From: Bispira polyomma
Lineage: Eukaryota
Length of the DNA: 64,000 nt
Direction of reading: 5' to 3'
Assembly: GCA_965649765.1 (NCBI GenBank)
Contig: OZ287748.1
Span: 44,020,001-44,084,000, forward strand
In this document: piece by piece, positions 12,452-25,869 of the stretch
Layout: each line of letters starts with the position of its first letter
How positions within the stretch are numbered: the first letter of the stretch is position 1
Notes under the pieces: model-generated
What the model was told of the DNA's origin: nothing
Seen by the model: the letters and a program-made list of their open reading frames with translations, nothing else
The model's database searches: none
Made by a program: the position numbers and the translations under genes

Positions 12452-13509
12452 TTATGTATATGTTGTATTGAAAGTAGATAACCGTTGAATGTATACATTC
12501 CATGGCACCAACTGATGAATGTGTACATTCAATTGCCATTTTGTCGAATGTGTACATTCAATGATTTATCTGTAGAGAGTATACATTCAACAGCTAAAAC
12601 TGTTGAATGTATACTCTCCATGGGATGAGTTCTTGAATGTGGAGTACAAAAACAAATGTGCAAAAAAATTAAAGAAAGCAAACACATATTACAAAGAAAC
12701 ATTTTTAAAAAATGTTGGGATCTTGATACTGCCATGATAAAAATGAATGAACTTGCTCTCATACACCCCAGTGTTTATACCAGTTTATTGGGAAGATTAA
12801 AGCAGTATATATTTTGTCATTTTAAAGGGCTTCATTAATATCAAAGCCAGGTGATTAAATAGATCACCAATATAATCTGTAGTTGTGTAAGTCCTGAGTA
12901 TAAATAGAAGACCTATTTGTACCCTTGATATACTAATGTGTTTAATTGTTAAGATCACAGGAACACCCCCTAATTTTACAGCTAGGTGATTAAAGAGATC
13001 AACAATGTAATCTGTAGTGGGTAAGTCCTGAATATAAATAGAAGACCTATGTATACCCTTGATATACTGATCGATTTAATTGCTATTAAGATCACAGCAA
13101 CACCCCTACTTTAACAGCAAGGGGATTAAACAGATCACCAATATAATCTGTAGTTGGGTAAGTCCTTAGTATAAAGAGAAGACCTATTTACCCCTTGATA
13201 TACTAATCCATTTAAAGCAATACGTTCTTTCAAGTAAGGATTAACAATACATATATGGTTGAAGAATAAAATCAAACTGATTTGTCCAAATTGAAATAAT
13301 AAAATTATTAAATTGTTTCTACATTCCATGACCTGGACTGTGGAATGTACACTCTCCACAATATTCTCATTAAATCTATACATTCTATGGATGTCAGCTG
13401 TTGAATGTACATGTTCAATGACTGGCCTGTGGAATGTATAGATTCAACAGTTAAGCTATGGAATGTATACATTCAACGGTTATCTACTTTCAATTCAACA
13501 TATACATAA
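12452..13509. mobile_element. Foldback-type non-autonomous element with long TIRs, subterminal gaatgtatacattc repeats and an internal tandem array of about 135 bp
   Basis: ttatgtatatgttgtattgaaagtagataaccgttgaatgtatacattcca is mirrored at 13459-13509; internal units start near 12850, 12985 and 13121. Confidence 0.8.
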
Positions 13510-15679
13510 TGATGTTTAGTCTAATTAAACCTCAACTAACACAAAGAAAATAGATACATGGTTAGTTTTAATGTTACAAATACTGAAGTACATTATTGTA
13601 GTTAGCAACAGGAGAATGAGTCTCCATACAGTAGTGGTACATTTCTATATCAGGGGCTTTTAGTTTGATCGTACACAACACCAAGCTAATTTGCAGTTGT
13701 CTAAACATACTAACAAGTCTTTCTTCTAAGATGGTGGTATCATAAGTCATGTCTTCTGCCTAACAATGTTACCACTTATACAATTAAAAACTATTTATTT
13801 TTTGTTGTGCGATTATAGTCTTCCTGAATGTAACAGTATTATAATGTACTACTAATAGTTTACCATTAGTATTAGTAATTTGTCAACATTTAATTGAAAA
13901 TGTGTGAGAATAAAATTAATAAAACATTTTTGTCAGACTTAGAAAGTCGTACATTTGTAAACCTTTATCAATAAACAATTTAAGTCAAGATATGGCCTTT
14001 TTACTTTCCATTAGCATTACTATCTAAATCCTACTTGCTACAACATAAGAGACCCAACAGGGTACATAGGAATATATAGTGATGACAAATAGCTCCACAA
14101 TTATGTCCAGACACCCTCTAAGGTGTGCCATCCATTGAGTTAACTGATAGAATAGTCCTATGTATACACTGGGGTTCGTAAGCAAAGTAAGGAGTGTGTA
14201 CCGAGAGAAATGTTAAACGGGGGAAAAACCTGCTTGAAAAGGTATGACTTGTGGTTTGTTCTGAAAACACTTAAACCTGTCTGATCGTGGAATTCTATAT
14301 TATTATTAAGCTAGTTCTATTCACTAGGAGCTATTTAAGTAAAACAACAACTACCAATCGTGTTTTGGGGCTGATAATTTGAGACTGAGAGTCAACAAGG
14401 ACATTTAGTTTCAAAACGTGATATTGAATAGAAAGCCATTTTGGGAAGAGGGTGGTGTGGCTTCAGGTACCAACTTGATGAACAATGCGACAGACTTTTG
14501 AACAGTCTGGAGCTTTTGAAAATTGACCTTACTGACACCATATAAGACAAAGCTATTGTAGTCCAGGCAACTACTACCAAGCGCATTTGTCCCAATGACT
14601 GCAGTATCCAGACTGAGATGGTGATCGTTTATTTCCATGAACATATATAGTAATATTTTTGCATAATTGGAAACGGTATTATTGATATGAATGAAACTGT
14701 AAAATTTAAAAAATTATTCTTCATTGTAATCCAAGTGTTAATTTCACACAGGCAAATGTTACAGCAGTCTAAACGATTACCTATGATTACAATTGCAGCT
14801 ATGATTATTTCATCACTTGTCGCATGAAAAACAAACTTTCAAAATGTACTTTAGTAAAGAATAATCAAAATCATACAGTCTACATTAAGACTACTAACAT
14901 GTACTTGGCTGCAATGTGTCAAAAATTACTCTCTCATCCATGTCAACCCTTGTTTTCTCACCTCGCAACCAATCGCATCCTCCTTGCAGAAATAAACGGA
15001 TCTGCAATAGGTTATAAAAGTCAGGGAGAAAAGATTATTTTAGCAGTGTCCGTTCAGCCAAATTTTGTTACTCTGACAAGCAATTAAATTTCTGTTATTG
15101 TCATTCTAAATAAAGAAGCAGAATTGAAAGACACTGGTGATACATATATAAGAAATAAAACAATATATATACGGGATATGGTATCTTTTTTATGCAATAG
15201 TTCACCATAAAAGATACTTCAATTAAATTACACGAGACAACACTTTTTAATGACATGGTCATACTTAATAGTGTTACAATTACATCTATAATTAATCAAC
15301 CTTCAGAAACTACGGATTCATTTAACAAAATACCAGTCAGCCATTTAAAATGGTAAGTGGAAAGTGAGGTATAAATTCATAAGCTGAGTTTCGCCAAGCT
15401 TCTTCGTGACAGTGACATAGACATTCGCAGTATTGTAAGCCTGAGCACTGTAGCAATAGCCTCTGTCACAGATCAAACAAAGCTGCAATCGGTTGTAAAA
15501 CTGAGACAGAAAAGATCATCATTTCAGAAGTGCTGGTTTTAGATTTCGATAAAAAGGCAACATTTGTTAGATGTTGAGCCAGAGTTCTGGTAATCGGTCA
15601 GTGCACATACAGAAGCATAATCAAAGGACATTGGTAAGACATACTGTTGATCGCTTCTTCTTTAAGACATATGGTAATA

Positions 15680-15970
15680 GATACGTATGCTATTAATGTT
15701 CAGGCTTTCTGAACCAGAGCGCCTAAACCTAATATTATTCTAAAGTCACTCCACTGGCTCACTGTTAGGTATCGGGGTGTTTTTAAAACTGCTACAATAG
15801 TATATAAGTTTCTCAATTCAAGTTTGCCTAAATACTTTGAACCACACTTAAGTTAATACAAGTGTAATATCAATTCCAGGCGAGCTGCTTCAAAAAATAG
15901 ATTCCTTCTTGTTCCAAAATATAAGTCCAAAGTACATAGGTCAAAGGTTCACTTTGATAAAAGTTTTGAT
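15680..15970 (+). mobile_element. L2/CR1-group LINE 3' fragment
   Basis: Translates LKSLHWLTVRYRGVFKTATIVYKFL, typical of the ORF2 C-terminus. Confidence 0.6.
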
Positions 15971-16209
15971 TGAATTTCCTCCAAAATCTCTTTCCTGTTC
16001 TCGGTGGACAATCATGACGACTTCCTTCTGTCTGTCACCAATGATTTTTGGTTCTGGCTTTTTGCGCCTTAGAATTCTTTACAATGACAATAAGTGCTAA
16101 AAAAGTCTGATATATTAATATCATTATGACATTAAGTGTGGAAACACCACTTCAAGGAAAATTGCCTCCTACCCACCCAGCTTCAAAGTATGGGTTTGGC
16201 TGTTCCTTA

Positions 16210-16728
16210 TGGCCTGGTCACACCTACACGTGCTAACGTCACACAACATATCTAAGCAATATACACTGAAAACGTGGCAGTTTCATATTAAAGTCACATC
16301 ATTTCCATAAAGGTGCAGTCGATTGTGACGTTTCATGATGTTCCGGGATGATGTTGGTACTTGTACACACAAAGATGGGGCAAAAAACGAACCCTTTACT
16401 GGTAGGATATCACTACCTACTACTACGTAGAGCTTATGTACTGCTACCTACGGCTGCGTTCTGCTGCCTTCTGCTACTTAGTCAAACTTTCTTGACTAAC
16501 GGAGACGATCTCACTACTTACTGGGAGTTCCTTGCTATCTACTACTACATAGAGCTACTTACTGGTATGTCTGTGCTACTTTCGGAAACGTTCGGCTGTG
16601 ACTGTATTGTTTCAAACAGTTTGAAACAATACACGCAGAAGACAAAACAGAGACGTTTCAAAACGTTTCCAAAATTAACACAACATGACACAAACATAAC
16701 TCTAGAACGTGTAGGTGTGACCAGGACA
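16210..16728. mobile_element. PIF/Harbinger-type MITE
   Basis: TIRs tggcctggtcacacctacacgt and acgtgtaggtgtgaccaggaca; TTA on both sides (16207-16209, 16729-16731); CTA-rich interior. Confidence 0.8.
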
Positions 16729-17779
16729 TTAAGCGCTCATTATAAACCAAAACATACTCAGCAGTGTTAATTTTATAATTTTATATGTAACTCTTTTAAA
16801 CTAATGTCATGTTATGTTGTGGGGTCACAATGATCTCATATAATGTACTTTTGATACACTGGGCAAAGATTGTCTTTATGCACTAATGTATACCATCGGT
16901 TATGTAACTGGGGAAGTTATTCCCCTTATTAGTGTAATAGTAAAAAATATTATTTTAATAAGATGACACTTTTAATGTGTAGGAAGTTAATAGAAATTAA
17001 CTTGAGTGATTAAGGTATTAACCAGATTATATATGTTAGACATAGGATGGTTAAGCAGTGTTGTTTGTTTAAGGGCCATGTCAGTAGGTCTTGTTGTATG
17101 TTGTTGATTAGATGTCTGTTGACTGCCCAGGTATGGTGCTCAACTTAAAATTATATGTCAGTATTATGGTATGATCACGATTGTATCGATCACCTTCTTT
17201 CGTAGTTTTTATTAATTTTAGTTATATGCATAGAATGTAGATGGACTAATAAAAATAGGGTAGGGGATCTGGTGTGTTAATGTTTTACTTCTATAGCGCC
17301 ACCATTGATGACCAGACATCATTTGTGGCACACATCCCAATCGCTATGCAAAAGAATAGTCTGATAGGAAAAAAGTCTTACGATCAGGGTTCAGTCATGG
17401 CCAGCAGATAAATGGTGAGGCGGAAAAGCGACTTGATACAGATGTGTAATGAGCTTTTCCCTGAAGCCTGTAATATTCGACTCTGCCACTTTAAATGTTT
17501 TTGAACCAGCAAGTTTATTGGTTAAGAAGCCAATTTCCTCTAGTAAGATTAATGGGAGACAGCATATAGATGATAAGTGGGCAGGTCTTAAAAATGGATA
17601 TAGACATTTACCTTGACTTTCATACCGAACTCAATTGGCAGCCAGTGCATTTTTTTAAACAGAGGTGTTGTATGTGAGCGCAGACTAGCATGGTGCACAA
17701 TTCTACACAGGTTGTTTTAAATTTTATGCAGCTTGTTTATTTTCCCCTGTCTAATTGTATACAGTATTTAATTGCAGTA

Positions 17780-18460
17780 ATCAAGTCTACTTGCAAACAG
17801 TACATTCGCAACTGTAACAGTATTTTCCACAGTTAGGTGTCGACAAATCCTTTGGACGTCTTGGATGTTGCAAAAGCAGGATCGACAAATGTTTGAAACA
17901 TGTTTTTGTTTTTTTTTAATAAAAAATAAGAGTCAAAAGTGACTCCCAGGTTTTTGGCACTATCGGCAGGAAGAGTGTTGCTAGAAAGAACTTTAAAGCC
18001 TTTTCCCTTTTATGTTTGGAACCAATAAGTAGAAATTATGTTTTTTTTTATTCTTTAATTTGAATTTAGAACATTTCATCCAAGATTCAATTGATGTGAG
18101 GCAGCTTGAGAGCTGGTCTAGGACCTGGGAACAATTTTTTGGGGTGAGGGAGCAGCCGATCTGTGTATCATTTGTATAATTCTGCATAAAAATGATATTG
18201 TGGTGCAAGAATAATACTTTTCCAAGTGGAGTTGTGTACAATGAAAACATAAGGGGGCCAACGACAAGACCCATGTGGGAATGGAAGATGACTTGGCTCC
18301 ACTGACCCTTATGATTTGATCATGATGGTCTGGCAGGTAACAATCCATTTAAGAACTGAGTCTGATGGATCAAACCAAGACTTAAGACATCTTGTGATCA
18401 ATTGTGTCGAACGCGCCAGACAAGTCAAGGAGGGTTAGGGCAACTACACCATTTATCATT
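17780..18460 (-). mobile_element. Decayed L2/CR1 reverse transcriptase fragment
   Basis: LTLLDLSGAFDTIDH, GLVVGPLMFSLYTTPLG, NYTNDTQI, TLPADSAKNLGVTFDS with frameshifts. Confidence 0.75.
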
Positions 18461-20704
18461 TATATTCTTCTCTACTTCAGATGGAGCCTAGGCATCAAAA
18501 ACAATTTTACACCAGATTAAGATTGGCTTGAAATTCATTTTCTTTCTTTGCAAATAACAACTACTATAGGTACATCTGAATTAAATATATTTGGGTTTTA
18601 TGTCACTTTCAACATAATATTATTTGGTCATTTTGTTATGGTTAGATTTATTGGTCGATTTGTTGATCAGTGCTGTTTGTGACTTACGGTAAGTACCTGG
18701 CAAACTTTCACACATGAGGGAAGCAGTTAGATTCGATCCAGTTGTTATCACAGATAACAGAAGAAATCCATTAAATCACTGGGACACTGTGCACCACGTG
18801 CAGAAAGTAGATGTGCTTATGTAAATATTGTAAATATTGATATAGCAGGTTGCATTTAAATTTTTTTTTTAAACTTATCTCTCTCTATACTGGAATTTAA
18901 TTTCGATGTCATGTAGTCCTTTTAAAACTGCAAATCTTTTGACCTTGTCAAGGTCACTTAACCTCTACCCATTGTTATATCCAAAGACAGTATAACCACA
19001 TTTGGAAGTGCCGAAATGTTTTTGTCCATCCATAAAGCATACTTTGAACTATGTGCTATATGAACTTCGTGTTTTATGGGTTTATTGTCAGCTAAAAGTA
19101 TTTTTATTCATGTAAAACAAATACTAACTGTCTGATTGTCAATACGTAAACAGTTTTGATTTGTGCGAGTTTGCCTTGATTGTGAAACTTAAAATATCTT
19201 TGTCCAAGAAACATAAAAATGTTGACAAAAAGAATATTTTGGTGCAGATATGGAAAATAAGAATTAGCAACTAATTTCAATTATTAAAAGATAGAACTAA
19301 ATTACCTTATCCTGGAGACAATGATATCATAAGTTTGTCTTGGTACATTCCCTCTGTATTATGTGTAAAACTAGAAATATATCTAGGTATTCACATATTT
19401 AAAAAATAAGGCACAATTTGTCTATTTTATAAAATAGGGGGTAGGTCCAAACTCCAGTGCCAAGATCAGCTTTCTTTTTGCTTATTTTAGCGTAGTTTTT
19501 TAGTATTATACATATATACATGATATACAAATTGCGTAAATATATTCAGGAGTTGTAGTAGACTGGAAATAAATATATTACAAAACTTTTCAAGTTAAGG
19601 TCACCTTAAGGATGCAAACACATCCGAAGGGCCTTAGTTTAGGGTGACCTTAATGTTGAAGGGGGTAATAGTAAGAAGTATAAAATGTATGTATGCTTCA
19701 TAAATAAATATAAATATGGTTTTAGAATAAAAAGGTCTGAATCATTAAATAAATGTATTAATTGCTTGAACTTGCACCCTCAATTTGGAATGACTGAATG
19801 AAATAAATATATTGATTGCTGGAAGTGAATGATAACGAAGTAAAGACTCTTCCATTCAGAAAATTGACACTTGATCTTCCACAAACACAAGACGATAAAT
19901 AGAAGGAACAGTTATATCCACATAATATTAAGATACAGGAAGTTTAAAATAATAATGTGGCACCGAAAATGAGTGTTGAAGCGTAGTAGAGGTTTTAAAG
20001 AACCATATTTATTTATGATGGAAAAACTGTTTTGGTTTATTATTTTTAACCTTCCAACAAGTTTTATGTGAAAGAACTTCATTGTATATTAGACAATGAA
20101 TTTAATTAGAAAGTAATTTAGTCGGAATAGGCAGTGATTAATGACTGTTAGGATATAAGCATAGATCAAAAATGTTGATTTATTCGTGAATATTTTATGT
20201 ATATCTATAAGGATCTCCATTCTTGAGTGGTCGGTCACATTACATCAGTTGGTTACTCGCAAAAGGCTAAAGCAGAAAACTAATTTACATTTGCTGAAGC
20301 AAGTAATTATGTTTTCTATAAGTTATTTCGTGTGTAACCCTATACTTTGCTCTGGTGGCTGCATTAGCTAGCCACGTTTCTGTAAATAAATCTATTAAAG
20401 TTATGACACTGCTTTAGGTTTTAGGAAAGCCAACTTCACAAAGACACTTATGATGAGTGCTTTTTACCAAAAAAAACTACAGATCCACCACTAATATCAA
20501 CATCGTCATCCACATAGATTTAACCACATTTTTATGTTTTTGGGGCAAAGTGAGGATGATAGTTGTTGAAATCTATTTCAGGATCATCCACTGTTTTGTT
20601 CACTGATCACTCTTTAATACATTACAAGGGCAGTGGTGGTCTACAGATTGTAAGTGTTGGCTTTTAACATCTCCTTATCATATATTATTATATCTTTGTT
20701 TTAG

Positions 20705-20989
20705 GTATGATAATTGGCCTTGAGTGGTGTGATCTAGATGATGATGTCAGTATTATTTGTACTTCTTCATTAATAAAAGTGACACAAGCGTTCTTTGGCT
20801 ACACAGACAGTTGTGGTAACAGTGAGTACAATGTGAGGCGTGCACAGAATGTGTTACCTTTGCTACAGACTAACTGTGGTGGGTATAAATGTTGTAAAGT
20901 GAAATGGGAGGCTGTAAACTGTACCATGGTCACCTGTGATGGTGAGGAATATTCTGTCAACTACATGAACACTACTTACAGGTGTCGAG
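20705..20989 (+). CDS. Gene B SUEL-like exon
   Basis: ttttag|GT to G|gtaatt; LEWC..IC....IKVTQAFFGY...C....V...LQTNCGGYKCC....C....VNYMNTTYRC. Confidence 0.75.
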
Positions 20990-22366
20990 GTAATTTTTTA
21001 ACATGTGAAATGACAGAATGTATTTAAGACACAACCTAATAAACCTAACCTAAATATAGTGAGTGATGGGTATATTGATATATTTGTCATATTCAAGATA
21101 AGCCCCACTTAACCATTTATCATTTTAAAATTGTTAATGTACCACATATAAACAGAGTAACATTTTAATATTTTTATTATTTAAACACATAAAATTATCT
21201 TATGTCAACTATTGCATGGTGGTCTTTAAAAGATTTTATGTGTTTTTCTAGTTCTACAAATATTCTTAAAACTTTTTGCCAGTTGCATTATATGGAACAT
21301 CTTGAAATATATTCTATCACCTTATATCATTACCAAGAGATGTTATATTAACCTACCTACAGTATGCCTTTTTTAATATACACTTGCTTAAATATTAGTC
21401 AGCTATTTCAATACAAATTACAGATAATACGTGGAATTTATATTTAATTATTTCAGGGACTTCATCATTGACCAGGGGCATTGACACATGTGATGATTAG
21501 ATTATACCAGATACCCCTTTAGTATCAACACAAACACACGTATTATTCTTACTTTTGCTTTTACAATCTATGTGATTAAGAATGATTGGCATCAAGAAGT
21601 GTTTAAACAGTATTCTAGATATGTCTTATGTATCACAAAGTAGCAGCTATATTGGTATGACTGACTCTAACTAAAGGAAATGTTAAATATTGAAACTCAG
21701 TAATACTGCAGTTGTAAGGTATGGATCAGTAATTAATTATCTTTAACATTGCATAGTTTAGATTGTTTTGTAATAGAAATAAGATACATGATACAATAAA
21801 AACCTTATGATTATTCATTATGCTATGCTAACAACCATGTGATAAAATTGATTAGTACTTGACTTATTTTTAAGTATGCCCCTTGTACTAATAACCATAT
21901 CACAAAACTCATCTATACTTGACATATTATTAATCAACATTTCTGTTTACTTCAGGTCGACAACAAATCCCAATGACCAGACTGAGCACATGAACCCCAC
22001 TAGTACATTGTTATCAACTGGCCTGACAGAGGAGATGGAAAATCTAACTCCTTCAACATATTCTTCAGAAAAGTCACTGTCAAACAGCCATGGCTTCGGT
22101 ACAGCTTCAGCTAGTGATGTATCTCAGTACAGAATAAAATGTGAATTTTGTTTCAGTAAAAACGTTGCAAATCATGTTTTAAACTGTCAAAATTACTTTG
22201 CCAGTACAGCCCATTATTTTTATTATTGTACGAGTCAGTATAATTGAATATGTTGCTACAGGGTATTGTGTTTACAATCACACTCTTCTACTGATCAAAT
22301 GAAAAACCTAAATGAGATTACCTGATAGTGTTAACTATTAACTTACATATTCAATATTTATTTCAG

Positions 22367-22454
22367 ATTATACCGCTGTTGCCGGTTTGGGGACTGTGTG
22401 TTTTGCTTTGGTTATTACAATAGTTTTGCTATCTGGATTTATTACCTACAAAAG
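22367..22454 (+). CDS. Gene B transmembrane exon
   Basis: tttcag acceptor, phase 1 to phase 2, ends TACAAAAG|gt like gene D. Confidence 0.7.
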
Positions 22455-23879
22455 GTTTGTATTGTACTTCTTTCACCATTATTTAAAGTATGGTCTGAAT
22501 TTATCTCTAATACTGCATACTGTTATAGTGTATGCTGTGTCGTAAAAGTGACAACATTTTAATTTAACTTGTCTAATTAGCTAGACTCTGCCCTCGGTAA
22601 AGTAGTGAATGATTGGAATAGATAATACCGTCACAAATTGAACATTTTACTTTATTATTGGTTTAAAACTGGTTGAAGTACTTTTAGGAGAACCTAAACG
22701 GACTACATGAAAAATGCCTCTGTTTCAATAAATTTCTTTTTTACAGGGTGGATATTAAAAGAAAATACTTCTTTCAACTGTAGTTTTTCTCTACATGAAA
22801 AAGGCAATTGAATTTGAAATTGGCTAACTACAGTTCTACTTAAGGAGGTTTGACTGTATGTACATGTTGTTGATATAAGCTATGTTATTGTGTTTTAAGG
22901 AAAAGCAATAGAACCAAATACATCGATGCCAGGACTACATAGGACTACAGGACTACATGTTTTTTTGTTATCATGAAAATAATAAGTTGGATTAAATTAC
23001 TTCACACACAATGTATTGCTTTTAAATTTTATATCATTACATTTATTTACCTTTATCTCGCAAGGGCTAGTTAACCTTGATGACTGACAAACTACAGCCA
23101 ACCACATTCACTAACCATCATTTTACTCAATGAACAGAAAAGCTTGAGGATGAATATGTTGCATTGTCCCAAGACTGCAATTTTAATTGATAATTGGACT
23201 CACTATGTATCTGCCTGTATTTTTTTTGTCGGTTCAACCCATTCTGTGCAATCCTAATAAATAATCTATAATCTGGGTATGAAGTCTTTTACAGTCTCTG
23301 ATGATCTTACATTTTTGAAGTCATGTGTGGTCTGACGGAGATCAAAACCTCTGTCTTACACACAAGGCCACAATGGCAGATACATGTGTACTGCCTGATA
23401 TTGTATCTCTGTGCAATACATTTAAAATATTGACTCTTTGGTTGCAGTTACATTTACTGATTCTGATAAAGCTGTTACATATCAAATAATCTATTTTAAA
23501 TAAATATTAAACACGTGTTTCATATGTTGTGGTTTTATGACGCCTTCAACAGCTTATGTCCTTTCATGACAGTCATCCAGTGTATGAATCCAGTGTACAT
23601 CAACTTCTAAGCACTGTGGCCCTTTGAGGACGAAGAATCCTATTATCTATTCTACTGGCTATCTCTATTGCTCTTGAATAAAATTATTTTTAATAATAAA
23701 CTTACATGAAACAAAGTGTTTAAAACGACTCTTAATGGATTAAATACTAAAAAGAGCATTTTCATGTTCATTAAAATCTTGACAAAGTATATAGAATTTT
23801 TTTGAAATTTAACCTATTACGTGAGAGAGAAAGATAATTCTTTCTGTTTGATATAATCAGGACGCTGTTAAAACAATTA

Positions 23880-24135
23880 GAGACTATGCAAATGGGATCT
23901 AGTTTTTACAAATGTTCCATCTATTGGTGGACTCCCATACTAGAGCAGCTCTAAAAACAGTTTTGCAACACACAGGAATGAATTATTTAACACACGGTTT
24001 TCATACATTCCGCAGATCGGGAGCAACCCTAACATTCAATACTTACAATCAACTTCACAAGCAGCGGCTATTAGTCCCTGCCACCTTTTTATCCATTATC
24101 CCTTACTCTCTCTAACTTGGGTTTGGGTTGATTTA
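23880..24135 (+). mobile_element. DIRS/Ngaro-type tyrosine recombinase C-terminal fragment
   Basis: HGFHTFRRSGAT (H-x-x-R catalytic motif) followed by a ttgggtttgggtt tail shared with the copy near 37230. Confidence 0.65.
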
Positions 24136-24339
24136 AAATTTCCATATAATTTACAATTCTAAATATTATGTAATAACCTTATACATAGATACTAAGATGT
24201 ACAGGAAAAATAAATCCGCAAACCTATCTTTTTATTGTGTACTTAAACTGAAAACTCACATTAAGAAAATAATTTAACTTAACCAAAACCTATTGAACTT
24301 GAACTGAATATTCTTACAAAGGGAACTGTTTGCAAACTG

Positions 24340-25110
24340 ATTGAGGAAGCTATTACAAAACAAATCTCTGACCATTATCCTTGATTGGATTAGATCCTAT
24401 CTGGCTCTCAGAATCCAAAAATGTTATTTAGATGATGACTTCTCATCCTCTTTTAACTTACCATACAGGTGTCAGGCCTTTTCTTTTTACCCTCTCTACA
24501 TATTCCTTCAGCACTGTTTTTAATAATCACAATATTAAGCACCACATATGTGCGGATGACTTTCAAATTTATCTTTCTCTCAACCCCCATAATGACTAAA
24601 AAAATTGATCTACCTACTAGCAGGTTTCTATCCAAATTCAAATTAAATCTTGACAAAACTAAAATTATTCTCATTGGTAGAAAGAAACACAGTGAGTACT
24701 TAAAATCATTATTTTCTATTGTACTACAGGGCTAAGATACACAACGTTCCCCAAATATCAAAACCCTTTGTGTTACTAGTAACTGCTTTCTCATTTGATG
24801 TGTCAGTGATATATGTCCCTCCTGCTACTATCACATTCTGCTATTATTGTGGCTAATGCCCTTGTGAATAGCTGCCTTGATTACTGCAATTACCTTTTGT
24901 TTAGGTAAAACTTTCTCAAAAAGTTACAGTTCATTCAAAAGTATCCATGTAGGGTAATTTTTCGCCTGGCCACTGACACAAATGCCAAAATGGTTGGCCA
25001 TGGAGCTTTCTCTATAACTGCCCCTATGTTATTGCATAGTCTCGCTGTTGAGCTTACATCATAAGAAACACTATCTGGGTTTAAGAGAAAACTTAATACC
25101 TATCCTTTAG
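24340..25110 (+). mobile_element. Decayed L2/CR1 ORF2 fragments
   Basis: ILDWIRSYL, HIcADD-like, KLNLDKTKIILIG, ANALVNSCLDYCN. Confidence 0.65.
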
Positions 25111-25826
25111 AATTCACACACACCCTCACCCCACCCTCCCGCCCCCACATCACATCCCTTTTACAATCTGGATATATTTTTGGATAACATGCCTTGTTTA
25201 TTGAATCGCTTGTTGCACGTAACAAGATGCCTCGCATTTCAAAATTGTTTTTGGAACAAGGAAATTCCAGTGTCCTTTTTGACAACAAATTGTAAAGTTT
25301 AAGAAAAAGTGGGTAAATATTTTGGAATTTGTTTGAATTTTTAGAGTTTACCAAACTTTTAACACATTTGATCATTGTCAGATGACCATACTTATTAATG
25401 CAGGAAACAAACCAGTACTATTTGTAAAAAATGACCCACATGCATACTTGTTAACCATATGTTAACCTATTGACATTGATAAATGAATATTCTAAAACTA
25501 CACATATTCTATACGGTATAATTTAGAATTGGAAGAATACGTATGGACAAACAGAAAATATATTGATTATTTGAAGTTACACATTGTCAAGAACTACTTC
25601 TAATACAAACATTAAGTTATTCTACCGTGGTAACACTTGAACCTCTGTGAGAAATACACAGAGGAAGGTAAATAGTATAGAGTAAACATATACACTGACA
25701 GGTCCTTTGACACACAAAAGTACCATATCCCCATACTCTCATTCAGTATATGGAGATTTTCATGCAAACATATTATGTAATAACGAGGATTTAACTTGTT
25801 GAATGTAATATTTGTGGAGAGTAATT

Positions 25827-25869
25827 ATGGCAAAATTACTTTGTTTTATTATTTGTCTTTTCTTATTGG
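25827..25869 (+). CDS. Gene C signal-peptide exon MAKLLCFIICLFLL(G)
   Basis: ATG plus 14 hydrophobic codons and a consensus phase-1 donor G|gtaagt; joins in frame to 35991 giving MAKLLCFIICLFLLGNIISSLEWC. Confidence 0.65.

Larger units (their letters stand above)
20018..22942 (+). pseudogene. Gene B: disabled paralog. Exons 20018-20060, 20705-20989, 21457-21539, 21956-22140, 22367-22454, 22900-22942
   Basis: Signal exon MEKLFWFIIFNLPT aligns with gene C MAKLLCFIICLFLL, with a weak GT at the same position. SUEL exon is intact. Linker exon has TAG (21498-21500) where gene D has Trp. Stalk exon and TM exon YTAVAGLGTVCFALVITIVLLSGFITYK are present. The tail stops after about 14 codons. Confidence 0.7.

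Noticed and set aside
16348-16770. 140-aa hydrophobic ORF
   Set aside because: Lies inside a CTA-rich MITE; low-complexity artefact.
18638-18690. Alternative signal exon for gene B ending at gtaagt
   Set aside because: The phase-1 frame contains TGA; the 20018 exon aligns with gene C and is preferred.
20582-20649. Small extra exon before the gene B lectin exon
   Set aside because: Stop in the required frame and only a 55-bp following intron.
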